Shown: one piece after another, positions 7,930 to 16,506 of the stretch | Position numbering within the stretch: position 1 is the first letter of the stretch | Layout of the letters: every line of letters begins with the position of its first letter | Origin: an uncultured Thermoanaerobaculia bacterium | GTDB lineage: Bacteria; Acidobacteriota; Thermoanaerobaculia; Thermoanaerobaculales; Sulfomarinibacteraceae | Length of the DNA: 39,154 nucleotides | Assembly (NCBI GenBank): GCA_964430905.1 | Contig: CAYSHZ010000001.1 | Coordinates: 1-39,154, forward strand | Reading direction: 5' to 3' | Notes under the pieces: generated by a model | Told to the model about the DNA's origin: nothing | The model's input: only the letters and a program-made list of their open reading frames with translations | The model's database searches: none | Program-made: the position numbers and the translations under genes

Positions 7930-10371
7930 ATGTCCGAAGTGATCACACTGCCCGTCATCCCGCTCCGTGAAGCGGTCCTCTTCCCCGGCGTGACCTCACC
8001 GATCGCGGCCGGCCGACCAGGCACGCTGCACGCCATCGAGGCCGCCCTCAAGGCTGATCAGAAACAGATCTTCGTCGTCGCACAACGGGAAAACCTGGAC
8101 GACCCATCTCCGGAAATTCTCTATTCCGTAGGTACCATCGCCACGATCGGCCCGGTCCAGCGCGGTCCGGCCGGAATGCGTCTCCTGCTGACCGGCGATG
8201 CCAGGGGATCCGTTGTCCGCTTCGAACAGCAGGACAGTTATCTGGTCGCCGTATTCCATGAAACCGACGAAATCCCTCCGCTGGACCTCAAGGCGCCCTC
8301 ATTCGTCGCCCTCTACAAGGAGACCCGGGAAAGGGCCGCGGAATTGGGTCACCGGGCCGGCCTCCCCAAGGAAGCCGTCGAACAGTTCCTGGCCGAAAAC
8401 GACGACCCCGGCCGTCTTGCCGATCTCGTTGCAGGCCATCTCAACCTCAAGACGTCGGAGGCCCAGGCTCTCCTGGAAACCCTGGATGTCGAGGAACGCA
8501 TGCGTCAGGTCCTGGTTTTTACCCAACGACAGATTTCGGTCCTTGATGCCCAAGAGGACATCAAGAGCCAGGTTCAGGAGGAGTTGGGCGACCGCCAACG
8601 CGAGATCTATCTGCGCCAGCAGTTGAAAGCCATTCAGAAGGAGCTGGGCGACGACAGCGGGCGGGATGACCTGGACGAGCTCAAGGAGCGGCTCGCCGAG
8701 CTGGAACTGCCGGCCGTCGCCAGGAAAGAAGTCGAAAGAGAACTGGGCCGCCTCGAGAGGATGGGAGCGGAAGGCATGGAGGCCCAGGTGATCCGCACCT
8801 TCCTGGAGACAGTCTGCGAGCTGCCGTGGACCGCGAGGAGTGAGGAGCGCCTGGACATGGAGGCCGCCTCGGAGATTCTCGAGGAGGATCACTACGCCCT
8901 CGGTGACGTCAAGGACCGGATCCTCGAGTTCCTCGCCGTGCGCATCATGCGCATGCGCCGAGATCAGACCGACGGGGATGGAGATCGATCCGACCAGGAT
9001 GAAGAAGTTGCTGCTCCCGAGGACTCCGGATCAACCTCGACCACCCAACCCGACCCCGATCGCAACCCCATCCTCTTGTTCGTCGGCCCTCCCGGTGTTG
9101 GCAAGACCTCGGTGGCAAAATCAATCGCCCGCGCGATGGATCGCGAATATGTTCGAATCTCCCTGGGCGGCGTACGTGACGAGGCCGACATCAGAGGCCA
9201 TCGCCGAACCTACGTCGGCGCCATGCCGGGCCGAATCATCCAGGGGATGAAACAGGCCGGCACCCTCAACCCGGTCTTCCTGCTGGACGAGGTCGACAAG
9301 CTGGGGATGGGTCACCAGGGCGACCCCAGCGCAGCCCTGCTGGAAGTTCTCGATCCCGCGCAGAACGACACCTTTGTCGACCACTACCTCGGCGTCGCCT
9401 TCGACCTCTCCGATGTCCAGTTCATCTGCACCGCCAACTACCTCCAGAACATCCCCGGGCCCCTTCAGGACCGCATGGAAGTCGTCGAATTTGCCGGCTA
9501 CACCGAGGCGGAGAAGATGGAAATCGCTCGCCGATTCCTGACGCCCCGCCAGATTCACCAAGCGGGCCTGACCAACGAACAGATCAGCTTCACCCCCGAT
9601 GCCGTCAAGGAGATCATCTCCCGGCACACCAGAGAAAGTGGTGTCCGGCAGCTGGAACGAGAGATCGGACGCCTGGCCCGGAAGGTTTCCAGAAAGATCG
9701 CTGCGGAGCAAATTCAAACAATGGAGGTTGATCGGGCCCAGATCCAGGAGTTGCTGGGACGACCCAAAGTCCACCCGGAGCAGGCGGCCAAGGCTGATCA
9801 GATCGGCGTCGTCACCGGCATGTACTACACCCCGGTTGGCGGAGACATCATGTTCGTCGAGGCGTCTCCCATGCCAGGCAAGGGCGAGTTGGTTCTGACC
9901 GGCCAGTTGGGCGACGTGATGAAGGAATCTGCCCGGGCCGCCTGGACCTACGCCAAGGCCCACGCCGACGAGATGGGAATTCCGTCGGAGGCGTTCAAGC
10001 AGGACGTCCACATCCACGTACCTGCCGGCGCCATCCCCAAGGACGGACCGTCGGCAGGTGTCACCATGGCCACGGCCCTGGTGTCCGCTCTGTCCGAGCG
10101 CCCCGCACGAAACGACGTGGCGATGACGGGAGAGATCACCCTGGCCGGCCGGATCCTGCCAATCGGAGGCGTCAAGGAGAAAATACTGGGGGCCGTCCGG
10201 GCCGGTATTTCAACAGTCATCCTGCCGGCGAAAAACGAGGCCGATTTGGAGGATCTCCCAGACATGATCCGATCCAAGCTGAAGATTCACCTGGTCGAGT
10301 ACCTTGGAGATGCCCTGGCACACTCCCTGAGAGGAGCACGACTGGTCGATGGCCGGCTGGAGTTCAAGTGA
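7930..10371 (+). CDS. lon: ATP-dependent Lon protease (LonA type)
   Basis: AAGGAGA lies 5 nt upstream of the ATG at 7930; the track start at 7873 is a GTG with no SD. N-terminal LON domain (LPVIPLREAVLFPGV). Walker A GPPGVGKTS. Catalytic PKDGPSAG and GGVKEK. Close colinearity with E. coli Lon, read by eye. Confidence 0.97.
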   Translation: MSEVITLPVIPLREAVLFPGVTSPIAAGRPGTLHAIEAALKADQKQIFVVAQRENLDDPSPEILYSVGTIATIGPVQRGPAGMRLLLTGDARGSVVRFEQQDSYLVAVFHETDEIPPLDLKAPSFVALYKETRERAAELGHRAGLPKEAVEQFLAENDDPGRLADLVAGHLNLKTSEAQALLETLDVEERMRQVLVFTQRQISVLDAQEDIKSQVQEELGDRQREIYLRQQLKAIQKELGDDSGRDDLDELKERLAELELPAVARKEVERELGRLERMGAEGMEAQVIRTFLETVCELPWTARSEERLDMEAASEILEEDHYALGDVKDRILEFLAVRIMRMRRDQTDGDGDRSDQDEEVAAPEDSGSTSTTQPDPDRNPILLFVGPPGVGKTSVAKSIARAMDREYVRISLGGVRDEADIRGHRRTYVGAMPGRIIQGMKQAGTLNPVFLLDEVDKLGMGHQGDPSAALLEVLDPAQNDTFVDHYLGVAFDLSDVQFICTANYLQNIPGPLQDRMEVVEFAGYTEAEKMEIARRFLTPRQIHQAGLTNEQISFTPDAVKEIISRHTRESGVRQLEREIGRLARKVSRKIAAEQIQTMEVDRAQIQELLGRPKVHPEQAAKADQIGVVTGMYYTPVGGDIMFVEASPMPGKGELVLTGQLGDVMKESARAAWTYAKAHADEMGIPSEAFKQDVHIHVPAGAIPKDGPSAGVTMATALVSALSERPARNDVAMTGEITLAGRILPIGGVKEKILGAVRAGISTVILPAKNEADLEDLPDMIRSKLKIHLVEYLGDALAHSLRGARLVDGRLEFK

Positions 10372-10374
10372 ATC

Positions 10375-11133
10375 CTATTCGTCCGCCCCAACCTCACATA
10401 TTTCTACAGACCCCGTAATCGGAGGATGTTCTCGCGGATCGACCACGAGCGACGGCCGATGATCGATCTCCAACCGGTAGTTGTGATCGTCGACGGTTCT
10501 GACGGGCTCACCCAGGGGATCAAAGACGTAGTTTCCGGCGCCTGAGAAATCTTCGCCTGAATAGACCGAACCGGCGATGCAACAGCCGGCGACCCAGAGG
10601 GCATTCTCGATCGCCCGGGCCTGGAGCAGCGTCCGCCAAATATGGTCACGACGCCAGGGCCACCAGCCCGGAACAATCAGGAGATCACACCGCCCCTCGA
10701 GTGCCAGGGCCCGGGCCTGCTCCGGATAGCGAAGGTCGTTGCATACCAAAAAGCCGATCCTGAATCCGTTCCATTTCAGAACAACAAAACGGTCTCCAGG
10801 CGCCCACATTTCTTCTTCCTTATTGGGGAAGAAGAGGTGAATCTTGTCGTAGGCAACGACTTCTTCGCCACCGAGCCATACGGTCAATCGGTTTCGGCCC
10901 CCTTCGGAGATGGTCCCGAAGACGCACAGAACCTCGGGAAAGGAGCGGGAAGCCGCTGCAAAGACCTCCCGAGCTCCGACCGGGTCGACCTCGCGGCGAT
11001 AGCCTGTCAGACACAGTTCCGGTAGAACGGCGATCGCCGCACCATCCATCGCGGCCCGGCAAACCTCCTCCTTGATCCTCTTGCAGTTGGTCTCAACATC
11101 AAGACATACCCAGCGCGACAAGAAAATTCTCAT
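10375..11133 (-). CDS. Carbon-nitrogen hydrolase (nitrilase superfamily) protein
   Basis: Trimmed to the ATG at 11133 (MRIFLSRW...). Glu-Lys-Cys triad contexts are present: VLPELCLTGY, AYDKIHLF, FLVCNDLRYPE. Its stop lies 3 nt from the lon stop on the opposite strand. Confidence 0.85.
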   Translation of the reverse strand: MRIFLSRWVCLDVETNCKRIKEEVCRAAMDGAAIAVLPELCLTGYRREVDPVGAREVFAAASRSFPEVLCVFGTISEGGRNRLTVWLGGEEVVAYDKIHLFFPNKEEEMWAPGDRFVVLKWNGFRIGFLVCNDLRYPEQARALALEGRCDLLIVPGWWPWRRDHIWRTLLQARAIENALWVAGCCIAGSVYSGEDFSGAGNYVFDPLGEPVRTVDDHNYRLEIDHRPSLVVDPREHPPITGSVEICEVGADE

Positions 11134-11277
11134 GGTGCCATTATCCCCTATCCACGGGAGCACCCGAAAAACCCTTCGGCGAATTCCGGACCTCACACCC
11201 CCAGACCACCATCGTCCTCGGAAATGGACCGAACACCCAAAGTCGGAGATAATGGCAGCGATGCATCGGAGGTCTCC

Positions 11278-11925
11278 ATGAAAACACATGCCGGAAAACT
11301 ACTTATCTTCGCCCTCGCCGTTGTTTGGGGCATTTCGGTTCAGGCCGACCAACCACTGGATGCCCAGCTCAAACTCGAAGACCTCGCATCGGCAATGCAG
11401 GGCTCGGCCGCCAGTACCCGGCGCCGCATTCTCGAAACCTTTCGCCAGGACCTGGAAGATGCCACGGTTCGATTCACCGGCACCGTCTGGACACTCAGTC
11501 CCGTCAGCCTGAACCAACCCCAGAACGATGGACCGGACATCAGACCTTCCCTCTTTTCCTGGGAGTATCAGGGTCTCCGGATCAAGGGAGATCCGGTCGA
11601 CCCTTCCGTGGCCCCTGAGACACCAACTGCCCGAACCCGACGACGCCTCGGAGGAGCCACGGAGGCGACCCTGATCATCCTCCGATCCGGCAAATACCAA
11701 CTCTACGCCCTGACGGCGTCTCCCCAGATCATCGACCACCTGAGACAGGGCGCCACGATCACCCTGGACGCCCAGATCACCGGCCTCCTGGAGGACTCCC
11801 TCCTGGGGTTTGTGACAGGCGTTTTGGAGACCGAAGTTCGAGCTCGATGTCCCAACGGCCACCAACTCCCGGCGGACAACGACTTCAAGTTCTGCCCCTA
11901 CTGCGGCGCACCGCTGACCAAATGA
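11278..11925 (+). CDS. Hypothetical protein with N-terminal signal peptide and C-terminal zinc-ribbon motif
   Basis: GGAGG lies 5 nt upstream of the ATG at 11278. Signal peptide: MKTHAGKLLIFALAVVWGISVQA. C-terminus: CPNGHQLPADNDFKFCPYCGAPL (CxxH...CxxC). No other family recognised. Confidence 0.7.
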   Translation: MKTHAGKLLIFALAVVWGISVQADQPLDAQLKLEDLASAMQGSAASTRRRILETFRQDLEDATVRFTGTVWTLSPVSLNQPQNDGPDIRPSLFSWEYQGLRIKGDPVDPSVAPETPTARTRRRLGGATEATLIILRSGKYQLYALTASPQIIDHLRQGATITLDAQITGLLEDSLLGFVTGVLETEVRARCPNGHQLPADNDFKFCPYCGAPLTK

Positions 11926-11962
11926 AAAACGGGCCGGAAAACCGGCCCGTCTCTTTCTGCTT
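11923..11962. terminator. Bidirectional rho-independent terminator between convergent genes
   Basis: GGGCCGG (11931-11937), loop AAAA, CCGGCCC (11942-11948). On the minus strand it is followed by GTTTTTCA. On the plus strand it is followed by the T-rich GTCTCTTTCTGCTT. Confidence 0.7.
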
Positions 11963-11971
11963 GTGGCAATC

Positions 11972-12002
11972 GCTGATAGCTGATAGCTGATAGCTGACAG
12001 CT
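11972..12002 (-). repeat. Heptanucleotide tandem array, 4 units plus a partial unit (plus-strand GCTGATA x3, GCTGACA, GCT; minus-strand TATCAGC/TGTCAGC)
   Basis: Direct reading gives gctgata gctgata gctgata gctgaca gct. The array ends 2 nt from the korB stop codon (12005-12007) and lies upstream of the terminator hairpin in the korB transcript direction. Confidence 0.9.
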
Positions 12003-12004
12003 TC

Positions 12005-12880
12005 TTAAAATGGCGGATAGAAGGTCTTAAAGATCTCTTCCGTCGTCGGCGGCGCATTGTCGCCCAGAGTCTGCTCCCTCAGTTCGACAATACGGTCGGT
12101 CAGGGAAGGCTGTTGGGTGTTGTAGAGCACGCCCTGGGTGATGATGCCTTCTTCCCGGGTGTAGTAGATCGCAGCCCGCCGGGAGGTCACGTCGTGATCC
12201 TCAGGCAGATTCCGGAGCTTCTCCTTCATCACCTTGAACTGGTCGTCGCCCCTGAAGGTCACGCAGGGCGACATGACATTGAGGAAAGAGAATCCATGGT
12301 GGCTGATGGCTTCCGTCATCAACGGCACCAGGGTCTTCATGTCGCCTGAGAATCCACGACCAACCCACGTGGCCCCTGTGGAGATCGCCAGCTCACAGGG
12401 ATCCAGCGTTGCTTCGGGATTGCCGTAGAAGGTCGATTTGGTCTTGTCCCCGGTCGGGGTCGTCGGCGCCACCTGACCCTTGGTCAGGCCATAGATCTCA
12501 TTGTCCATCAGGATATAGGTAATATCCAGATTCCGGCGGCAGGAGTGGATGAAGTGGTTTCCACCAATCGCCATCCCGTCCCCGTCGCCGCCGACGGCGA
12601 TGACCGTCAACTCCGGCCGGGCCGACTTGATGCCTGTGGCCAGGGTCAAGGCTCGTCCGTGAACACTGTTGAATCCGTAGGTGTCAACGTATCCGGGCAA
12701 CCGCGAAGAACATCCGATACCGGACATGACGACGGTATTCCAGGGCTCAATCTGCAGCTTTGCCATTGATCGATAGAGGGCGTTGAGCACCCCAAAATCA
12801 CCACAACCAGGGCACCACACCGGCTTAAGGTCGGTCTTGTAGTCACCAGGTTTCAGCTGAATCATCTCGACGGCGCTCAT
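12005..12880 (-). CDS. korB: 2-oxoacid:ferredoxin oxidoreductase beta subunit (TPP-binding), KorB-like
   Basis: Motifs WCPGCGDFG, GIGCSSR and GGDGDGMAIGGNHF. ATGA start/stop overlap with the alpha subunit gene. Substrate (2-oxoglutarate versus another 2-oxoacid) cannot be determined from sequence reading. Confidence 0.9.
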   Translation of the reverse strand: MSAVEMIQLKPGDYKTDLKPVWCPGCGDFGVLNALYRSMAKLQIEPWNTVVMSGIGCSSRLPGYVDTYGFNSVHGRALTLATGIKSARPELTVIAVGGDGDGMAIGGNHFIHSCRRNLDITYILMDNEIYGLTKGQVAPTTPTGDKTKSTFYGNPEATLDPCELAISTGATWVGRGFSGDMKTLVPLMTEAISHHGFSFLNVMSPCVTFRGDDQFKVMKEKLRNLPEDHDVTSRRAAIYYTREEGIITQGVLYNTQQPSLTDRIVELREQTLGDNAPPTTEEIFKTFYPPF

Positions 12881-14658
12881 ACCAACACCTCCCGGCGAGC
12901 GGCACTCAACTCGAGCACCTTCTCGATCTTCTCTTCAACCTCCGCGACGGTCAGGTTCTTTCCACCGGACCGCTTGAATACGAAGGTATCCTTCGGGAGA
13001 TCGAGGAACGTTTTCAGGTACTTGTAGAACTGGGCGGAGTAGCTCAATTCAACGACAACGACATTGTTGACCGTCTTGAGGTATTCCTCGAATTCTCGCC
13101 GCGGGAAGGGATAGAGGACCTGGGGCACGAAGGCCGAAACCTTCTGGCCGTTCGCCTCCGCCCGCATGACGGCTTCCTTGACGGGACCCTTGGAGGAACC
13201 CCAGCACAGGATGCCGACATCGGCTTTTTCGGCGCCATATTTTCTGACGTAGGAGTACTTTGTGCGCACATCCCGCAGTTTGCGATATCTCTTCTCGTTC
13301 ATCTTCTCGTGAACGAGATACATCGAGGTCGGGCGTCCATCCTCGGTATGTTCGAGACCGTTGGTCTGATACTGGCCGCCCTTGATGCCGGGCCAGGTCA
13401 TCGGAGAAATACCCGACGGCGTGTCGACGTAGCGCTTGTATTCACCCTCGGCAAGATCCTCGTCGGTCGGTCGAACCCGGTCGACAACCTCATGCTTGAG
13501 GCTCCACGGCGACATGGTCTCCCGACGCTGGGCGATGAACTGATCCGACAGAACGATCACAGGCAGCTGTGACTCTTCCGCGATGTTGAACGCAGCAACG
13601 GTCGCGTGGAAACAGTCCTCGACATCCGCAGGCGCCAACACAACCCGAGGTGCATCTCCGTGCGAGCCCCACAGGGCCTGCCACAGATCGGATTGTTCGC
13701 TCTTCGTCGGGAGACCGGTCGACGGTCCACCCCGCTGTACGTCGATGATGACGACCGGAATCTCGGCCATTGAGGCCAATCCCAGCATCTCGGTCATCAG
13801 GGCCAGGCCCGGACCGGAGGTCGCAGTCATCGATTTCACACCGGCAAAGGAACCACCGATGATCGCACCCATCGCACTGAGTTCATCTTCGGTCTGAATG
13901 ACCGATCCGCCAACCTTGGGCATCCACTCCGACAGGAAGTGAAGAACCTCGGATGACGGCGTGATCGGATAGCCTGCAAAGAACCGGCAGCCCGCATGCA
14001 ATGCACCGACCGCCGAGGCCTCGTTGCCCGACATCAGAAGCCGCGGCTCACCCGGCTCATATTCCAAATACCGGTCGGAGACCCGATCCTTGATCTCGGC
14101 AGCCCACTCAATCCCGGCCTGATAGCCCTTGAGGTTGGCCTCAAGAACTGCAGCCTTCTTCTTGGAGAACTTGTGGATAATCGCCTTCTTGATCAGTTCC
14201 TGGGGAACCCCGAAAGCCTCGCTGAGAATACCAAGCGTGACGATGTTCTTGGCCAACGTCGTCCCGGCAGCCTCTTTGGCGAGAGCGATGAAGGGTACCG
14301 GAATCCACCGGGCGCCCTCACCGAGATCCAGACCAACCTCGTCCAGGGGCGTCGTGTCGGACTCCTCGTACAAGACGACGGCGTCCTGGGCAACGACCAA
14401 TTCGCCCTTGAAGCGAAGAAAATCCTGCCAATTGAAGACAACGACAACTTCAACCTCATCACCCTGAGTGAAAATAGGCTGGGAACTCAACCGTACGGTA
14501 CAGGAGGACTCACCGCCACGAATCTGAGGACCATAGGCCTCGACCCTCATGACATCGAGACCATCCTTTGCCCCCGCCTGCGCCATCATTTCTCCCGTGG
14601 TCACGACACCGTCACCACCGGAACCAAACATTGCCAATACCAAGTCGCCCGTAGGCAT
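12877..14658 (-). CDS. korA: 2-oxoacid:ferredoxin oxidoreductase alpha subunit with fused N-terminal gamma domain, KorA-like
   Basis: N-terminal POR gamma-type region (GSGGDGVVTTGEMMAQAGAKDG, YGPQIRGGES). Then the PFOR alpha core (GNEASAVGALHAGCRFFAGYPITPSSE, TATSGPGLALM, GGPSTGLPTKSEQSD). GGGAGG lies 9 nt upstream of the ATG. Confidence 0.9.
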   Translation of the reverse strand: MPTGDLVLAMFGSGGDGVVTTGEMMAQAGAKDGLDVMRVEAYGPQIRGGESSCTVRLSSQPIFTQGDEVEVVVVFNWQDFLRFKGELVVAQDAVVLYEESDTTPLDEVGLDLGEGARWIPVPFIALAKEAAGTTLAKNIVTLGILSEAFGVPQELIKKAIIHKFSKKKAAVLEANLKGYQAGIEWAAEIKDRVSDRYLEYEPGEPRLLMSGNEASAVGALHAGCRFFAGYPITPSSEVLHFLSEWMPKVGGSVIQTEDELSAMGAIIGGSFAGVKSMTATSGPGLALMTEMLGLASMAEIPVVIIDVQRGGPSTGLPTKSEQSDLWQALWGSHGDAPRVVLAPADVEDCFHATVAAFNIAEESQLPVIVLSDQFIAQRRETMSPWSLKHEVVDRVRPTDEDLAEGEYKRYVDTPSGISPMTWPGIKGGQYQTNGLEHTEDGRPTSMYLVHEKMNEKRYRKLRDVRTKYSYVRKYGAEKADVGILCWGSSKGPVKEAVMRAEANGQKVSAFVPQVLYPFPRREFEEYLKTVNNVVVVELSYSAQFYKYLKTFLDLPKDTFVFKRSGGKNLTVAEVEEKIEKVLELSAARREVLV

Positions 14659-14763
14659 AATCGAGAACCTCCCTTGGCGAGCCTCAGCTCGCTGACAGCG
14701 GATTGTGAACCCGCAGAGTGTTTTTGTCTAGGATTGAATAGAAATTCATTATGAGACTTATTT

Positions 14764-15963
14764 TCATTTATTGACCGCAACCATCCGAAAATCACGCGGG
14801 CCGTTCATAAGATCATCCAAACGCGTCTCCAACCGGTCCAATCGATGGTCAACCTTCCGATCTGCTGTCCCAGCATCAGCTCGCCTCAGGTGCTGCTCCT
14901 CGGGGAACGGATGCAGGAACTCGAGGCCCTGGACACTCATCCCCGCAGCCTTGAAGAAAAGGGTCAATGTCTCCGGCAACAGGGGTCTGACGTGGGTTGG
15001 ATCCTGCCAGAACAGGGTCGCCCCCACCCTGAGGTTGTGGGGATTGGGACACTCGACCACCACAATACCTCCCGGGCGAAGGACCCGCCTGCACTCCTCA
15101 AGGACTTCGGACAGCTGAAAACCCGAGAAATGCTCGAAGACATGGAAGGCAGTGACCGCACCGACCGATCCGGCATCACAGGCCCGTAGCGCCTCGAGAA
15201 TGTCGGCCTGGTCCACATCAAGCCCTCGCCTGAGGGCACCCTGTACCAGAGCACCGTCCGACTCGATCCCCCTGGCGTCGACTCCAGCCTCCCGCAACAA
15301 CACGAGCAGCTCACCTCGACCACATCCCAGATCCAGGACCAAGCCTCGGTCCACAAGTAGAGGGAGAACACTCTCCATCCGATGGCCGATCTCGGCCTCC
15401 GATCCCCGGAAGGCCTCAACGAGAAGAGGCTGGACCTTTGTAAGGCCCTGGGACAACTCCCGCTCAGTCGACCCCGGCTGATAGACCGGAAGGGGCTCGG
15501 ACACCAAAATCCTCTCAACCAGCGAGGCAATTTCCTCCAATTCGAAGGCCAGACGCTCGAACAGCGCATTCCAACGGCCCTCCGCCGCCGGAATCAAGCC
15601 ATCCCGGAGCCTCGTGATCTCGCCAGAGGCCTGGCCGAGACCTTCACTCAACTGGTCCATCCTTCGATCGATATCGGATAACCTGATGGTATTGATCGTC
15701 TCCAGAAGATCCTGAAGTACCCTCAAGGTTGACTCACCGAGATCCTGCCTCTCGGACACGCCGCCGATGGCCTCGCTCAGCCCATCCAGCCGTCCTTCGA
15801 TACCGTCCAGACGCTCCTCGATCCGATCCGAACGCCGACCGGCTTCGCGAATCTTCGCGGCCATCCGCCACGGCAGCATTGCGGCAAGGGCCCTCATCAC
15901 ACCATGATGAGAGCCCTTTGCGTTACGCTCTGTGCTGCGCCTTTCCCGGCCGCTGCCGGACAT
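14764..15963 (-). CDS. Class I SAM-dependent methyltransferase with long N-terminal coiled-coil region
   Basis: Motif I VLDLGCGRGELL plus VTAFHVFEHF and LRPGGIVVVECPNP. N-terminal heptad-like repeats (RIEERLDGIEGRLDGLSEAIGG) and a C-terminal RLDRLETRLDDL. It starts 6 nt after the rplI stop. Confidence 0.8.
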   Translation of the reverse strand: MSGSGRERRSTERNAKGSHHGVMRALAAMLPWRMAAKIREAGRRSDRIEERLDGIEGRLDGLSEAIGGVSERQDLGESTLRVLQDLLETINTIRLSDIDRRMDQLSEGLGQASGEITRLRDGLIPAAEGRWNALFERLAFELEEIASLVERILVSEPLPVYQPGSTERELSQGLTKVQPLLVEAFRGSEAEIGHRMESVLPLLVDRGLVLDLGCGRGELLVLLREAGVDARGIESDGALVQGALRRGLDVDQADILEALRACDAGSVGAVTAFHVFEHFSGFQLSEVLEECRRVLRPGGIVVVECPNPHNLRVGATLFWQDPTHVRPLLPETLTLFFKAAGMSVQGLEFLHPFPEEQHLRRADAGTADRKVDHRLDRLETRLDDLMNGPRDFRMVAVNK

Positions 15964-15969
15964 GGCCGA

Positions 15970-16506
15970 CTACTCGACTACCGATTCTTCGGCCGCAACC
16001 TCTTCGGCTGGACCGGCTTCGGCGGTCTCGACGGCCGGCTCTTCGGCTTCCTCAGCCTGGCCTCCCGGCCTGACGACCTGTACCGGAATCGTGACGCTGA
16101 TATCACGGTGAATATTGACGACGGCCTCGAAAGAACCCAGTTCCTTGATGACATCGTCGAGGTGGACCCGTCGCTTGTCGATGTCAAAGCCCTTCTCGGC
16201 CAGCTCCCGGCCGATATCTGCAGTGGTCACCGAGCCGAAGAGTACGTTCTTTTCTCCTGCGCGCCTTTCGAAGAGCAACTCAACACCCTTCATGGAAGCC
16301 TGAACCACTTCCGCGGCCGAACGCCTCTTGAGGTCCATCTCCTGCCAACGGTTCTGCTGTTGGTCGAACAAGCGCCGGTTTCCCGGAGTGTCCAAATACG
16401 CCAAACCTTTGGGCAGCAGGTAGTTTCGTGCATATCCGGGCTTGACCTCGACGCTGGCGCCTCGCTCTCCCAGATGTTCAACATGGTCATTCAGAATCAC
16501 TTTCAT
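15970..16506 (-). CDS. rplI: 50S ribosomal protein L9 with acidic C-terminal extension
   Basis: MKVILNDHVEHLGERGASVEVKPGYARNYLLPKGLA is the canonical L9 N-terminus. ATGA overlap with the upstream membrane protein gene. Confidence 0.95.
   Translation of the reverse strand: MKVILNDHVEHLGERGASVEVKPGYARNYLLPKGLAYLDTPGNRRLFDQQQNRWQEMDLKRRSAAEVVQASMKGVELLFERRAGEKNVLFGSVTTADIGRELAEKGFDIDKRRVHLDDVIKELGSFEAVVNIHRDISVTIPVQVVRPGGQAEEAEEPAVETAEAGPAEEVAAEESVVE

Noticed and set aside
9121-10017. 298-aa minus-strand ORF
   Set aside because: It is antisense to the AAA+ and protease domains of lon.
11972-12002. The heptamer arrays considered as a CRISPR array
   Set aside because: The units are 7 nt and directly abutting, with no spacers. 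There are no cas genes in the window.
11299-12057. 252-aa minus-strand ORF whose product includes ISYQLSAI, translated from the heptamer array
   Set aside because: It runs antisense through the 11278-11925 gene and across a terminator hairpin and the repeat. The repeat-derived peptide is a translation artefact.
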